Shown: piece after piece, positions 53,150 to 64,000 of the stretch
Numbering within the stretch: position 1 is the stretch's first letter
How the letters are laid out: the number at the start of each line of letters is the position of its first letter
Assembly (NCBI RefSeq): GCF_006345805.1
Contig: NC_043010.1
Coordinates: 4,464,001-4,528,000, forward strand
From: Octopus sinensis
Lineage: Eukaryota
Direction: 5' to 3'
Length of the DNA: 64,000 nt
The notes under the pieces: generated by a model
Told to the model about the DNA's origin: nothing
The model's input: only the letters and a program-made list of their open reading frames with translations
Database searches by the model: none
Position numbers and translations under genes: made by a program

Positions 53150-54976
53150 AGGGACATCCACAGGCCAAATCTGGGGCTGGTGCAAAGTCCTTTCCAGACC
53201 TAGGGTAACATAGTGGTGGAACAATGCTGTACACAGGGCCATTAGAGCGAAAAAAAAAAACAGGCCTGGAAGAGTGGGGGCAGCAAGGAACTGTATCAGA
53301 AGGGAAGCTAGGAGACAGGTATATCTAGCCAAGGGAGAAGCAGAAAAGTAGAAGTTTACCTATGTTCAATGATGTGAGGACCAAAGAACTGAAGTGTTTT
53401 GGATCACAAGACTGTGATGTAGCCCATGCTCTTAACCACTACGCCATATGCCCATGGGCATGACTTGAGAGAAAAACGGGTTACAAGAAAAGTCAGATGT
53501 TGTATGCACGAGAGAAAATCACACTGATATTAATATGTGATGCATATGGAATATGAGAGTTTGGTAAAGAAGTGGTTAGAGATCCAAGTGGAAGACCAAA
53601 GAAGACATGGACATAACTGAGGGAAGTGGATCTCAAAGAAATGGAATTACAAGATTGTGATGTCATAGGAGAGAAATGTGTCCACATGGACGATGGTGCA
53701 CTTTCATTTAATGATTCTCCAAAGAAAGGGGTTTGGTAATGCCTTTATGAAAGACCGTTGAACATGGAGAATGAGTGGGAGGATGAGAGTCTGCCAAATG
53801 TTGACCCAATTCACAGACCAACTACTCAAATTGTCAATACCTTGGTAGATAAAGCAATTAAGGCTATGAAGAGAGGGAAAGCCCCTGCCCCTTTGGGAAC
53901 TACCACTGAGATACTTAAAATATTTGGCTGTGTACGTAATAGTCGAGTTATCCATATTGTAAATCAGGTGGTTCCCGAAGGAGTCACACCCAATGACTGG
54001 TGTAGCAGCACCATAGTGAACTGCTACAAAGGTAAAGGTGATAGAAATAACTACAGAGGTATCAAATTGCTGGATCAGGTGATGAAAGTTATGGATGTAG
54101 GAAGAGAGTTAGTCGAGATGAGATGCTGTTTGGTTTTTGTGCCAGATAGAAGCACCACTGATGCCATATTTCTGGTAAGGCAGCTTCAGGAGAAATACCT
54201 AGCCAAAGTTAAACCTCCGTACTTGGTTGGCTTTTATTGACTTGGAGAAAGCCTTTAACAGGGTCTCCTGATCCCTTATCTGGTGGTCAATGTGGAAACT
54301 AGTGATAGACAAGTGGTTGGTTAAAAGCGTACGAACCTTGTAGAGGGACATTATCAGGAAGGTGAAGGTTGGGAATGAGTACAGCACAGAATTCAGGATA
54401 CAAGTAGGGGTTCACCAAGGATTGGTCCTCAGCCCCCTCTTGTTCATCATAGTCCCCCCAGCAATAACTGAGGAATCTAAGACAGGCTTCCCCTGGGAGC
54501 TTCTCTATGCTAATGAACTTGCTCTTATAGCTGAATCACTACCAGAACTAGAGAAGAAGTTCCAGGTTTGGAAGCCAGGTCTAGATTCAAAGGGCTTTAG
54601 AGTTAACCTAGCGAAAACCAAAGTCTTAGTAAGTAGAAAGGCAGACAAATCACAAATCCCTGCCCGAGCTGTGATAAAGCTGTAGGTAGAAACTCCATAA
54701 GATGCACCCGGTGTAAGCTTTGGGCACATAAAAGGTGCAGCAATATCAGAGGAAGGTTAACAGGGAAAATAGCTTTTGCATGTGGATGATGCACAAGTAC
54801 AATAAACACTGAAAATCTACAGAAAATAAATTCCGTAAACTACCATGGGGGCAAGCTAGAAGTGGTAGATAGCTTCCATTATCTAGGTGACCAAGTTAGT
54901 AGTGGAGGTGGATGCTTCAAGAGTGTAACTGTGAGAATAAGATTATGAACAACAGACGTTAAATGATGATGATGAT
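53150..54976 (+). mobile_element. RTE-clade LINE fragment (RT pseudogene), internally deleted and joined to a (GAT)n tail
   Basis: WWNNAVHRAIRAK; AMKRGKAP; YKGKGDRNNYRGIKLL; RSTTDAIFLVRQLQEK; GVHQGLVLSPLLF; LLYANE (YADD lost); VNLAKTKVL; LEVVDSFHYLGD. Frameshifted. Confidence 0.9.
53421..53648. mobile_element. 228-bp chimeric insert flanked by a 15-bp duplication inside the RTE
   Basis: acaagactgtgatgt (53406-53420) and acaagattgtgatgt (53649-53663). The insert is homologous to 49446-49688. Confidence 0.75.
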
Positions 54977-55005
54977 AATATATATATACATATATATATA
55001 TATTT

Positions 55006-55038
55006 CTGATGAAACTACAGGAGTAGTTGAAAGCGCTA
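55006..55038 (+). ncRNA. Hammerhead core with intact stems II and III, stem I partner missing
   Basis: CUGAUGA-AACUAC(AGGA)GUAGUU-GAAA-GCGC-UA. Palindromic AGCGCU stem III, CUA triplet; (AT)n lies upstream. Confidence 0.6.
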
Positions 55039-55129
55039 TTATGAAGTAATAATATGATATGTAAATAAATATATTTTTTTACAACCATCCAGCATTCTGA
55101 ACATCTTTTTTCTTTCATATATATATATA

Positions 55130-55345
55130 GTTAATCCAAACAAGAAAGCACAAAAAAACACAACGTGAGGACGTGGAACAAATATAGTATTATTGGACGC
55201 TCAGGAAAGAAGGAAAGAAGGAGGGTTTAACGTTTCGAGCGGAGCTCTTCGTCGGAAACATAGGAGAAGGAAAGACCAGAGAAGGGAAGACAGAGGAAAA
55301 AAATCGCCAACGGTACACATGAGGTCACATTTTGAAAATATATAT
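55130..55345 (-). mobile_element. Short Penelope-like element with hammerhead variant (55225-55259)
   Basis: Homolog of 30026-30232. GUUU-CCGACGA-A-GAGC(UCC)GCUC-GAAAC-GUU-AAAC. Confidence 0.7.
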
Positions 55346-55854
55346 ATATAAAACCACAAGTACCACAAAATTATTCAATATCTATCTTTTTGGTTATAAT
55401 ATTTTTCTTGATAACTGCCGTATATTTTATAACTATTGATAAACAATATAAAATTAAGTATTAGTAACTGGTTAATGATTTAAATTTGGCTTAGGTCTTA
55501 CAATAAAAAAAAAATCAATAAAAGATTTAAGAAATTAAACTAGTTTGTAATGATGTATTTGAGAATGAATTCTGTAATTTTGCATTTTATATGCTTTGAA
55601 TTGTTTAATAATGTATTTTGAAAAAGCTTTGAATGTAAAAATGAACTTTAAAATACATAATCTTGAAAAGATTTTATTGTAGTATTATATTTTAGATTTG
55701 ATATATTTTAAAATATGTTATAACATATTTTGAAATAGTTTGTTTGTGATAATCTGTTTTAGAATACTTATTGTATTTTGAAATTATTTGATTCTAATTA
55801 TGTACTTTGGAATTAATTAACTGCAATGTAAAAGGAATAGTACAAGTTCTTTTA

Positions 55855-55896
<42 letters not shown>

Positions 55897-55989
55897 TCCA
55901 TACATTCCACTTTGTATGATATATTTTAAAAATTATATACCTACCTACATACGTACATACATATGTATGTGTATAAATAAATAAATATA

Positions 55990-56027
<38 letters not shown>

Positions 56028-56264
56028 CACACACACACACATAATGCAGACATGTAAATAATTTATTTATCATTAAATTTGATGTTATTTGCATGTTTTT
56101 GAGTTATAAAAGAAATTTGTCATGATATTTAGATTTTTCTTTTCTTAAATGAAAGTGCATTTAAATATTTCTCTTTGATGACTTTATATATATATATTTA
56201 TATATATATATGTATGTATGTGTGTATGTATGTATGTATGTATGTATGTATGTATGTATGTATG

Positions 56265-56321
<57 letters not shown>

Positions 56322-56345
56322 TCATTCACACATATATATATATAT

Positions 56346-56427
<82 letters not shown>

Positions 56428-57288
56428 ATATATATATATGTATATATATATGTGTATATATATATGTATATATATATTTATATATATGAATGGTATGTAA
56501 ATGCCTTAAAACAACTGTATTTTGGGAAGATCAGGTTTCCAGCGAAAACACACACACACAGTGGTTGCATTTTATTTCAGTTTTATTATCAATTAATTAG
56601 ATAATTAGTTAATGAACAAGTGTATCAAATTAATCAATTGTTAAAGTTCATTCAACATAGCCTGTGGCATTACCAACAATCATATGTTTTTTATTTTTTG
56701 GTTTTTGTTGTTTTTATTTTTCTCTGTGATCACACTCATTCTGTGCTCTTTTACCATATTTCTTTTGGTCAGTTATGTGTTGCTATATAGTTACATTCAG
56801 TGCATATCTGTTGAAATGTGTTGGTGTGTGTGTGTGTCTGGGTTGTATGATTTTTTAATTGGAGCGACTATGCAGCCTGTGCTTTTTATTTGATGGAGAA
56901 TGTTGATGTTTTTGTGGGAGGGGTGTATCTAGGTTGAAATTGTGTGATTGATATTGCGTATTTTGGACTTCGTTATGCATACATGCATTTGTACACGTAC
57001 GTGTCTGTGTGTATGAGTTTCTGAGTGTGTGTATTTGCTGTTGTTCTTGTTATTGTGGTTGTTGTGATTTCATTTTGTTTATGGTTTGCCATCCATTTAA
57101 ATTGGTAATCAAACTCACTGTTTTATCGCAAGTATTGAAGTATATCACTGAAATTCATGCATACATGCACATGGTATCGATGCATTTATATGCATATGAC
57201 CCACGTATGCATATATGTAAGTATGAATGCATGTAAAATTGGTGTTGACTGGAACTCTAAGTTCTGCCTGATGGTTTATTCAACCAGG

Positions 57289-57331
<43 letters not shown>

Positions 57332-57645
57332 AAAATGTTTTCAAGTCAAATTGATGTCTGAAAGGATATACAGCAGTACAGGAAAATTCTATCCCACAAA
57401 GTGACCCAATCAATCCAGAATAAGTTACAGCTTTCATTTGTCAACTATGCTTCAAAACATGCATTTGTGTATCAAGATTGAATAGTCATCTGAAATGTCA
57501 TGGACGGAAAGTCAGAAATGCCATTGATAATCAAGAAGCACAAAGAGTTGGCTATCATTTTTGAAGACAGAGAAATCACTATGTATATATGTATAATAGG
57601 TTAGTTCCTTATTTTGTATTTTGCATGTTTGTTGTAGGTGTGCAA

Positions 57646-60600
57646 AGGTGGCGGTCTAAAAATCATAAGTGAAATGTAATAAAGATGAAATTGGATTCTG
57701 TCAATATTTTTGCATATTCAGAATCTCTGTTAAAGGTAGGAATCCGAAAAAATTTTCACAAAAATTCGTTTTTCAAAGAGGTGCGATTCTGCATTATCCC
57801 CTATACTTATTGGTTGAGCCGAATCAATTTGAAATGATTTAATTAAAAGAACACATTTAGTTACATTATATGGCCATGGTTTTAGATCGTTACGCTCTCG
57901 AAGACAAGTCAGGTGCTTTATATGAGCTACTTGTCAATTCCGGGAAAATTATTGACTGTTCTGAGACTTACTGAACTCCGTACATTAAAAGACTACGTCT
58001 CACGCACACACCTTGAAAATACACGCATATACATGAATACACACACAATGAAAGACAGCGAAAATTCAACATTGTAAAAAGCCTCCCAAAACTGTTCTGG
58101 CAGAAGTCAACATCTCTGAGATTGAAACAAGACACTTATTGAAAGTGAAACAAAACACTTATTTACGGCCGTAAATAGACTACACCCAGCAGCACAGAAA
58201 GGGAAATCTATGTAGGTTAGGTTTGACGAAGAAATCGAAACATTTCTCCTGCGAAACAATACTGATGTAAGAAGGTCGAACCTTACGTTATAACAAACAC
58301 TATGCAAAACCTGTAATATATGCTCTTTAATATATTAATTTTTTTAATGTTTTAAAATGTTATTTACTTCATTTATAAATTAATTCAATTCTTCGATCTT
58401 TCTGGGCAAATATATCTATCACATTTTCATAGAAATCTTCTCTTTTCATCAATTCTTGTAATAAATCTTTTTCAATTGACATTAGTGCTAACCCAGACCG
58501 TCTTCTTTCTCCTGTCGCATTTCTTTGGTATGTTTTAATTCTACTTAATGCAGAAAAGGATCGCTCTACAGAAGCAGTAGTAGGCGGAATTGTCAAAATC
58601 AACTTGCACAGATTGAAGAGTTCTGGCATAGCTTCAACAAGATCAGTGCTGTTAATGTAACTCATTAAATGACTTACACTTGGTTTTTTAAAATCTTTCA
58701 TTGAATACATCACATTGAGCTCACTTTGTAATCGTATTACATCAAAAAATCTGCCATAAGTTGTTCTTAAAGAATCTAAAGAGTCCACAGGAAATTGTTT
58801 GCAATACTCATCAACTTTGTTGAAATTCAAAAGTTCCATGAATTTAAACTCTTCTAAGGATGAATATCGTGCTTTTATTTGGTCAACTATTGTACTGATA
58901 ATTTTGTTATAAAGCATTCTATAATGTCGTTGGGGATCAATAGATATATTCTTGGATCTCTGAATTCCGATTCCTGCATCGACTCCATATTTTTCCCCTA
59001 ACCTATCATAAAAGATTGAATAATTATCAAGTTTGTTTTCGAGTACAGTTCTAGTTTTATCTATTTGCTCTTTACAATACACTATGTCATGACTTTTACT
59101 CTGGAGGATGTTAAATAAGACGTCAGTAAAAGAAAAATCTCACTGAATACTTCTAACAAAAATAAGAAATCAGGAGCTTTTAAAGTGTGTAAGAATCCAA
59201 TTGCTGCCCATGCTTCAGGATTTTCAATGATGTGTTCAAAAAGGCTAATTATGAAATCATGATTTTCTTTTGTAGTAATAATAAGATGTGAGGAGTAATT
59301 CCATCTAGTTGCTGTTGCTTTCGGAAATCTTTTTTTAACAATGTTATCTAATGCATTGGCCCTTTTCGGTGATTTCGTTAAAAATGTACCGAGTCCGTTT
59401 ATTGTAGAAAAAATATCTTGCATTCTTTCATAGCAGAGCATGATTGTGAAAGAACTAAATTTAGGATATGGGCACAACAATGAATAAAGATCGCACATTC
59501 ATATTTCTTTCTTACTTTTGCCTGTAACCCATTTAGTTGTCCTGCCATTGTAGCGGCACCATCATATGTCTGCGCAATCAATTTGTTTCCACATTCCCAC
59601 GTCTCAATGCTTTTAAAAACATGTTCAGATAAAGCATTTGCAGATCGATCTGCACTAACATCACTAAAACCGATAAATCGTTCTTTCGTCACAAAGTCTT
59701 CTGTAACATAACGTAAAACTGTTGCCAGTAGTGAAGATGCTGAGACATCAGATGTCTCATCAACAAGATTAGAAACAAACTTAGCTTGCTCAATTTCCTT
59801 CTGCATCTCATTCAACATAACTTTATGAATTGCTTCAATCAAGTCATTTTGAATTCTGTTTGACAGACCGGTGAAGATAGAAGCTGTATCTAGATGACTT
59901 TCTATTTTTTTGTCATATTTACTGATCAAATATACGAGTTCTTTATAATTTCCACGATTATTACAGCCTTCCAATTCAAAATGCCCCCAAAACGATAATT
60001 CCTGGAGGCCTAAATCGTTGCAGAATGGATCTGTTTCGTCTAACGTCCTCATTATGATGTTGTATCCTTTGATTTTTACATGCATCTAATTGTAAGTCTA
60101 TGCGGACATTCCCGAATATTTTAAGATGTATCAAAGATTTTATATACCTTTTTGAGACCGCTTGTGCTTTAGCATAGCCATATGTAAATTATTTAAATCA
60201 TCATAGCCTTTATCATTCCAAACATTTTTTCTAAGCCAAAAAGTAAACACGGCCAACAGAATAATTTATTAAGAGCAACACTTCCAGTTAACCATTTTTT
60301 CTTTTCATACAAATTAACCTGAAATTGTTTTGTGAATTTCTTGTTATAGCTTTGCAAATTAGGTAAATTCGGTGTTGGTCTCCCACCATTAATAATTATT
60401 TTCCATCGAAGTCTCTTTTCGAAAAACTATTTCTCAAAATATGGTTTATAACACACATTTCACTCATTTTGAAAAAAGCTGCTCTTATATATAAGAACCC
60501 ACGTGGAAGCGCCGGTGTAAATTGTAAGTCAATTTCAACAAAACGGAAAAATACCCTTAGTTAAATTAATTTAAGATTAATTAGCTATTTCTGAAATAAG

Positions 60601-60955
60601 AAATATAATATAGATTATATTTTTGTTTTCAAAACACTCCAAAAATATAATAGTGCAAACGGATGTTTTGGATAAAAAAATTCAAACTTATTGCCAACAT
60701 TTCAGCTGGTTAACTCAAGAATTATGGGACTGCTTTTGTTCCGGTCAGAAATTTTACGGGTCAAAAGTGGAACCAGGTTAGCAACAATTCTACACAAACA
60801 AATAGACAGAGAGGCATGTCATGTGGTCTTCTCAAAGCAGAAGTACGAGTCACTGAGAGAGGGGAAGGGGAGACAAAATATTTCGAAAACAACTGGACGG
60901 ATTTTCTTTGAAACAAAGAAGGCATGCAGCGCACACTTGAGAGTGCACGCCCCTG
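57646..60955 (-). mobile_element. hAT DNA transposon (5' end firm, 3' end tentative)
   Basis: Terminus CAGGGGCGTGCAC on the minus strand at 60955-60943, followed on the plus strand by gtgtgcat. Weak counterpart gtgtgcaa-aggtggcgg at 57638-57654. Confidence 0.55.
58369..60467 (-). pseudogene. hAT-superfamily transposase, ZMYM1/DUF4371-like with TTF-type zinc finger, frameshifted
   Basis: LFCWPCLLF (zinc finger), ELSFWGH, NRGNYKELV, DETSD, QTYDGA, FIHCCAHILNL, TRWN, PPTTASVERSFSALSRIKTYQRN (hAT dimerisation region). At least 5 frameshifts; ATG at 60467. Confidence 0.9.
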
Positions 60956-61010
60956 GTGTGCATGTATATGTATATATATATAAATATATATATATGTAAA
61001 TATATATATA

Positions 61011-61131
61011 TCACCGTGATCACCGTGACCGACCAGACTATCAGATGTTGCTACACATCGCTGGTCACAATGCGCTTTGCATTGTTTTAGCCTTCAAATG
61101 TTGCCACCCCGCTGGCTAAGCGACCAGACCA

Positions 61132-61132
<1 letters not shown>
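61011..61132 (-). mobile_element. Partial SINE B, tail type i
   Basis: tcaccgtgaccgaccagactatcagatgttgctacacatcgctgg..., inserted in (AT)n. Confidence 0.8.
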
Positions 61133-61184
<52 letters not shown>

Positions 61185-61329
61185 GAGAGAGATCTGAGTT
61201 TGTATGGTTGTGTATAGAAGAATATATTAATCCATGAAATTCCAACTTAGTCTGATTTTCACATTTTATTGTTTACAACCTTTACAATTTTACAATATTA
61301 TAATAATAGAATATTATATATTTATTCTG

Positions 61330-61372
61330 ATAAAGTTAGTACTTTCATGCCTGATACAATCATCAGGTTTAT
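61330..61372 (-). ncRNA. Degenerate hammerhead-like motif
   Basis: AUAAAC-CUGAUGA-UUG(UAUCAGG)CAU-GAAA-GUAC-UA-ACUUUAU. Palindromic AGUACU; imperfect stems I and II. Confidence 0.4.
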
Positions 61373-61426
61373 GGTTTAGCAGTGATAGTCGTATTCCACA
61401 AGTATATATGTAAATATATATATAAA

Positions 61427-61615
61427 GGGAAAGTTTACAAAAATAAACAAAAGATGAAGGCAGGTGGAGTACAAACAAACAAATAGTATAGCGCTCAGGA
61501 ATAGAAATAGAAAAAGTCTTTTACATTTCGAGCCTACGCTCTTTGACAGAAAGATACACAGAAAAAAACAAGGAGAGAAAAAATGCGTGTAGGAGCTAAC
61601 GATCTATCATGGCAT
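61427..61615 (-). mobile_element. Short Penelope-like element with degenerate hammerhead (61517-61554)
   Basis: Homolog of 8961-9150. UCUUU-CUGUCAA-A-GAGC(GUAG)GCUC-GAAAU-GUA-AAAGA. Confidence 0.6.
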
Positions 61616-61629
61616 ACTATATATATATA

Positions 61630-61810
61630 TACAGTTGCGGCCAAAATGTTCAGAACGGCATTGTTTTCGTCAGAAAAGTAAGTATAAGTTTTTATCAAAG
61701 TAGTTCTATATTCTATAATTTTCACAGACAATAAATACAATATTAATTGTTATTGTCTGAGATTTTAGTGTAATTTGAGAGGATAATACAAAAGTTATGG
61801 ATGATTTAGT
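61630..61810. mobile_element. Tc1/mariner-like left end
   Basis: TA followed by CAGTTGCGGCCAAAATGTTCAGAAC. Truncated, no right end. Confidence 0.45.
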
Positions 61811-61831
61811 GATTTACTGCAAAACCCATGG

Positions 61832-61949
61832 CGAAAGGATGAAAAGCAAAGTCGACCTCAGTGGAATTTGAACTCAGAACGTAACGGCAAACGAAATACC
61901 GCTAAGCATTTTGCCCGGCGTGCTAACATTTCTGCCAGCTCACCGCCTT
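61832..61949 (-). mobile_element. Partial SINE family C
   Basis: Homolog of the head of 36479-36709. Confidence 0.8.
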
Positions 61950-62300
61950 CTGAGCAGTTTCTATCACTCACAAGACGTTGGTCAGCCTGAGACTATAGCG
62001 GAAGACAATTGAGCAGGGTTACACACAGTGGACTGGAACCAAAAACCATGCAGTTACAAAAAGAAAATTCATTACTACATGGCCATTTTGCATGTATAAT
62101 TGTGTGTGTGCATGTGTGTCAGTGTGTGCATGTGTGTCAGTGTATACACACAATTCAGTATTCACAAAACAAAATCTAAATAGGAGCCAACTATAGGGTA
62201 AATAATGGTAAGTAAAGTTTTATTAGTTTTAGTTTTAAAAAAACACAAACTATGCTTTCACTTTGTTACAGGGTTTTCCAGAAACTGATAATATTTTAAA

Positions 62301-62405
62301 TCACAGCATAAATTATATCAGACACAGCATAAATTATATCAGACACAGCATAAATTATATCAGACACAGCATAAATTATATCAGACACAGCATAAATTGT
62401 GTCAG
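62301..62405. repeat. 21-bp minisatellite, 5 copies
   Basis: acacagcataaattatatcag repeated. Confidence 0.95.
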
Positions 62406-62931
62406 GCAATTCGAAGCATACAAAGCAAATTTCAATACAATACAGTTAGTTAAGAAGGATGGAGTGACCACATGAATTTCCATGAAAAATTACATCCATT
62501 GAAAATAAAGAATGAAGAAAGCATCAATTGATAGAGAAAAGAAGAATCACAGACTGAAGCACGTTACGTCATTGTCATCATCTACAGAGAATTGTATACA
62601 CAAAACCACTCAGAAAGATAATAATTACAGGTAAATAAAATAAGTGGAAAATAAATATCCAGGTAAATTAATTACATAATGATTATTGTTTTTACATAGG
62701 CATGAGGCCACTTAGTTACAAATCCTTTGATGAAACGAAGCAAATATACACCTGTTGGAGTTGGCATTTTGCTAAAATATATTAATTACTTTGCTGATTT
62801 GTATTGAGTTGTTTATGTAGTTTTGCAAACAGTCCATTTTCTTATCAAACAAAGAGGAATTAATAAGGGATTAGTAATCCAGGTGAAATAAGCCATTTTT
62901 CTGCGTATCATATTTGTGTATACGTATAGAC

Positions 62932-62986
<55 letters not shown>

Positions 62987-63261
62987 TACACATACACACA
63001 CACACACACATGCACGTACATATTCAGCAATGAATAGCTGGTAATGACATGTTGAAACAATTGTTCTGATATGCTACAAAACATGTTCAATCCATCTGCT
63101 CTTATGAATATTTTTGTATAAACTATGGATATTTACAGATTTCCTCATGCATATCCAGTGACAGAAAATATCCGACTGTAACACGGCAATAGCATTTGGT
63201 ACCTGATAAGCACAGTAATTTTTCTTCTAACTCAGATTTTATATATGTATATATATGTATA

Positions 63262-63320
<59 letters not shown>

Positions 63321-63326
63321 TATATA

Positions 63327-63375
<49 letters not shown>

Positions 63376-63403
63376 TATATGTATATGTATGTATGTATAT
63401 ATG

Positions 63404-63455
<52 letters not shown>

Positions 63456-63615
63456 TATATGTGTATATATATATGTATATATATATGTGTGTGTATATAT
63501 ATATATATATATTATATATATATATATATCTTTATATGTATATATATTTATGTATATATATATATATTTGTATAGACACATACACACACATATTGTGCCT
63601 ATATATATGTATGTA

Positions 63616-63650
<35 letters not shown>

Positions 63651-64000
63651 AATGAAAGTAGCAGTCCAAAGTGGTGGTCAGGAGGGGGTTGCCTTGTGCT
63701 AATCTCATCTGGCTTTTCACAGTTTGAGTTTAGAGATTATTCTGGATACAGTCTCTCAGGAAGTCCTTTAGCAAATGCCCAGATATTTCTTTAGCTTAAC
63801 AATCTGCATGACAGCACACCGTGTGGGAAGGGAGAGTGAGGGTCCGCACAGAACTATGTGGTAAAAAGAAAACAATAAAAATATATATATTCTTATGCTT
63901 ATGCACTTACATGTGTGTGTGAGAATATATGTATGTGTGCGTATATATATATATATATATACATACATACACACACATATATGTATATATATATATATAT

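Noticed and set aside
58369-60467. Domesticated ZMYM1-like host gene, or a Fanzor/TnpB-type nuclease
   Set aside because: Multiple frameshifts and a transposon terminus indicate a dead element. No RuvC motifs were recognised in any frame inspected.
63135-63200. EGF-like [15 protein letters not shown] on the minus strand
   Set aside because: Cysteine spacing is off, there is no neighbouring EGF exon and all three frames are largely open, so a chance match is likely.
65-63974. Dozens of YI/CV/HT-rich ORFs
   Set aside because: Read-through of (AT)n, (GT)n and (TACA)n microsatellites, or of SINE bodies.

Overview
Very AT-rich, repeat-saturated eukaryotic DNA. The SINE families, RTE/CR1 LINE debris and long (AT)n/(GT)n/(TACA)n tracts suggest an octopus or other cephalopod (inference, not database-checked). 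No host protein-coding gene could be assembled. Nearly all ORFs in the track are microsatellite translations or decayed retroelement frames. Supported content: (1) a decayed ZMYM1/DUF4371-type hAT transposase on the minus strand (58.4-60.5 kb; one clear terminus at 60955); (2) LINE remnants of RTE, CR1/L2, I/Jockey-like and probably Dong/R4 type, one with a three-fold tandem amplification of its RT N-terminal segment; (3) dozens of copies of four SINE or SINE-like families, several nested; (4) TTAA-flanked MITEs, a Helentron/DINE-like element and a Tc1-like end; (5) about a dozen minimal type I hammerhead-ribozyme-like motifs in short Penelope-like insertions, mostly landing in (TA)n tracts. 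The most striking is a near-perfect 174-bp-arm foldback at 1362-1711 carrying a canonical hammerhead on each strand. Repeat boundaries were read by eye and are approximate unless exact motifs are quoted.
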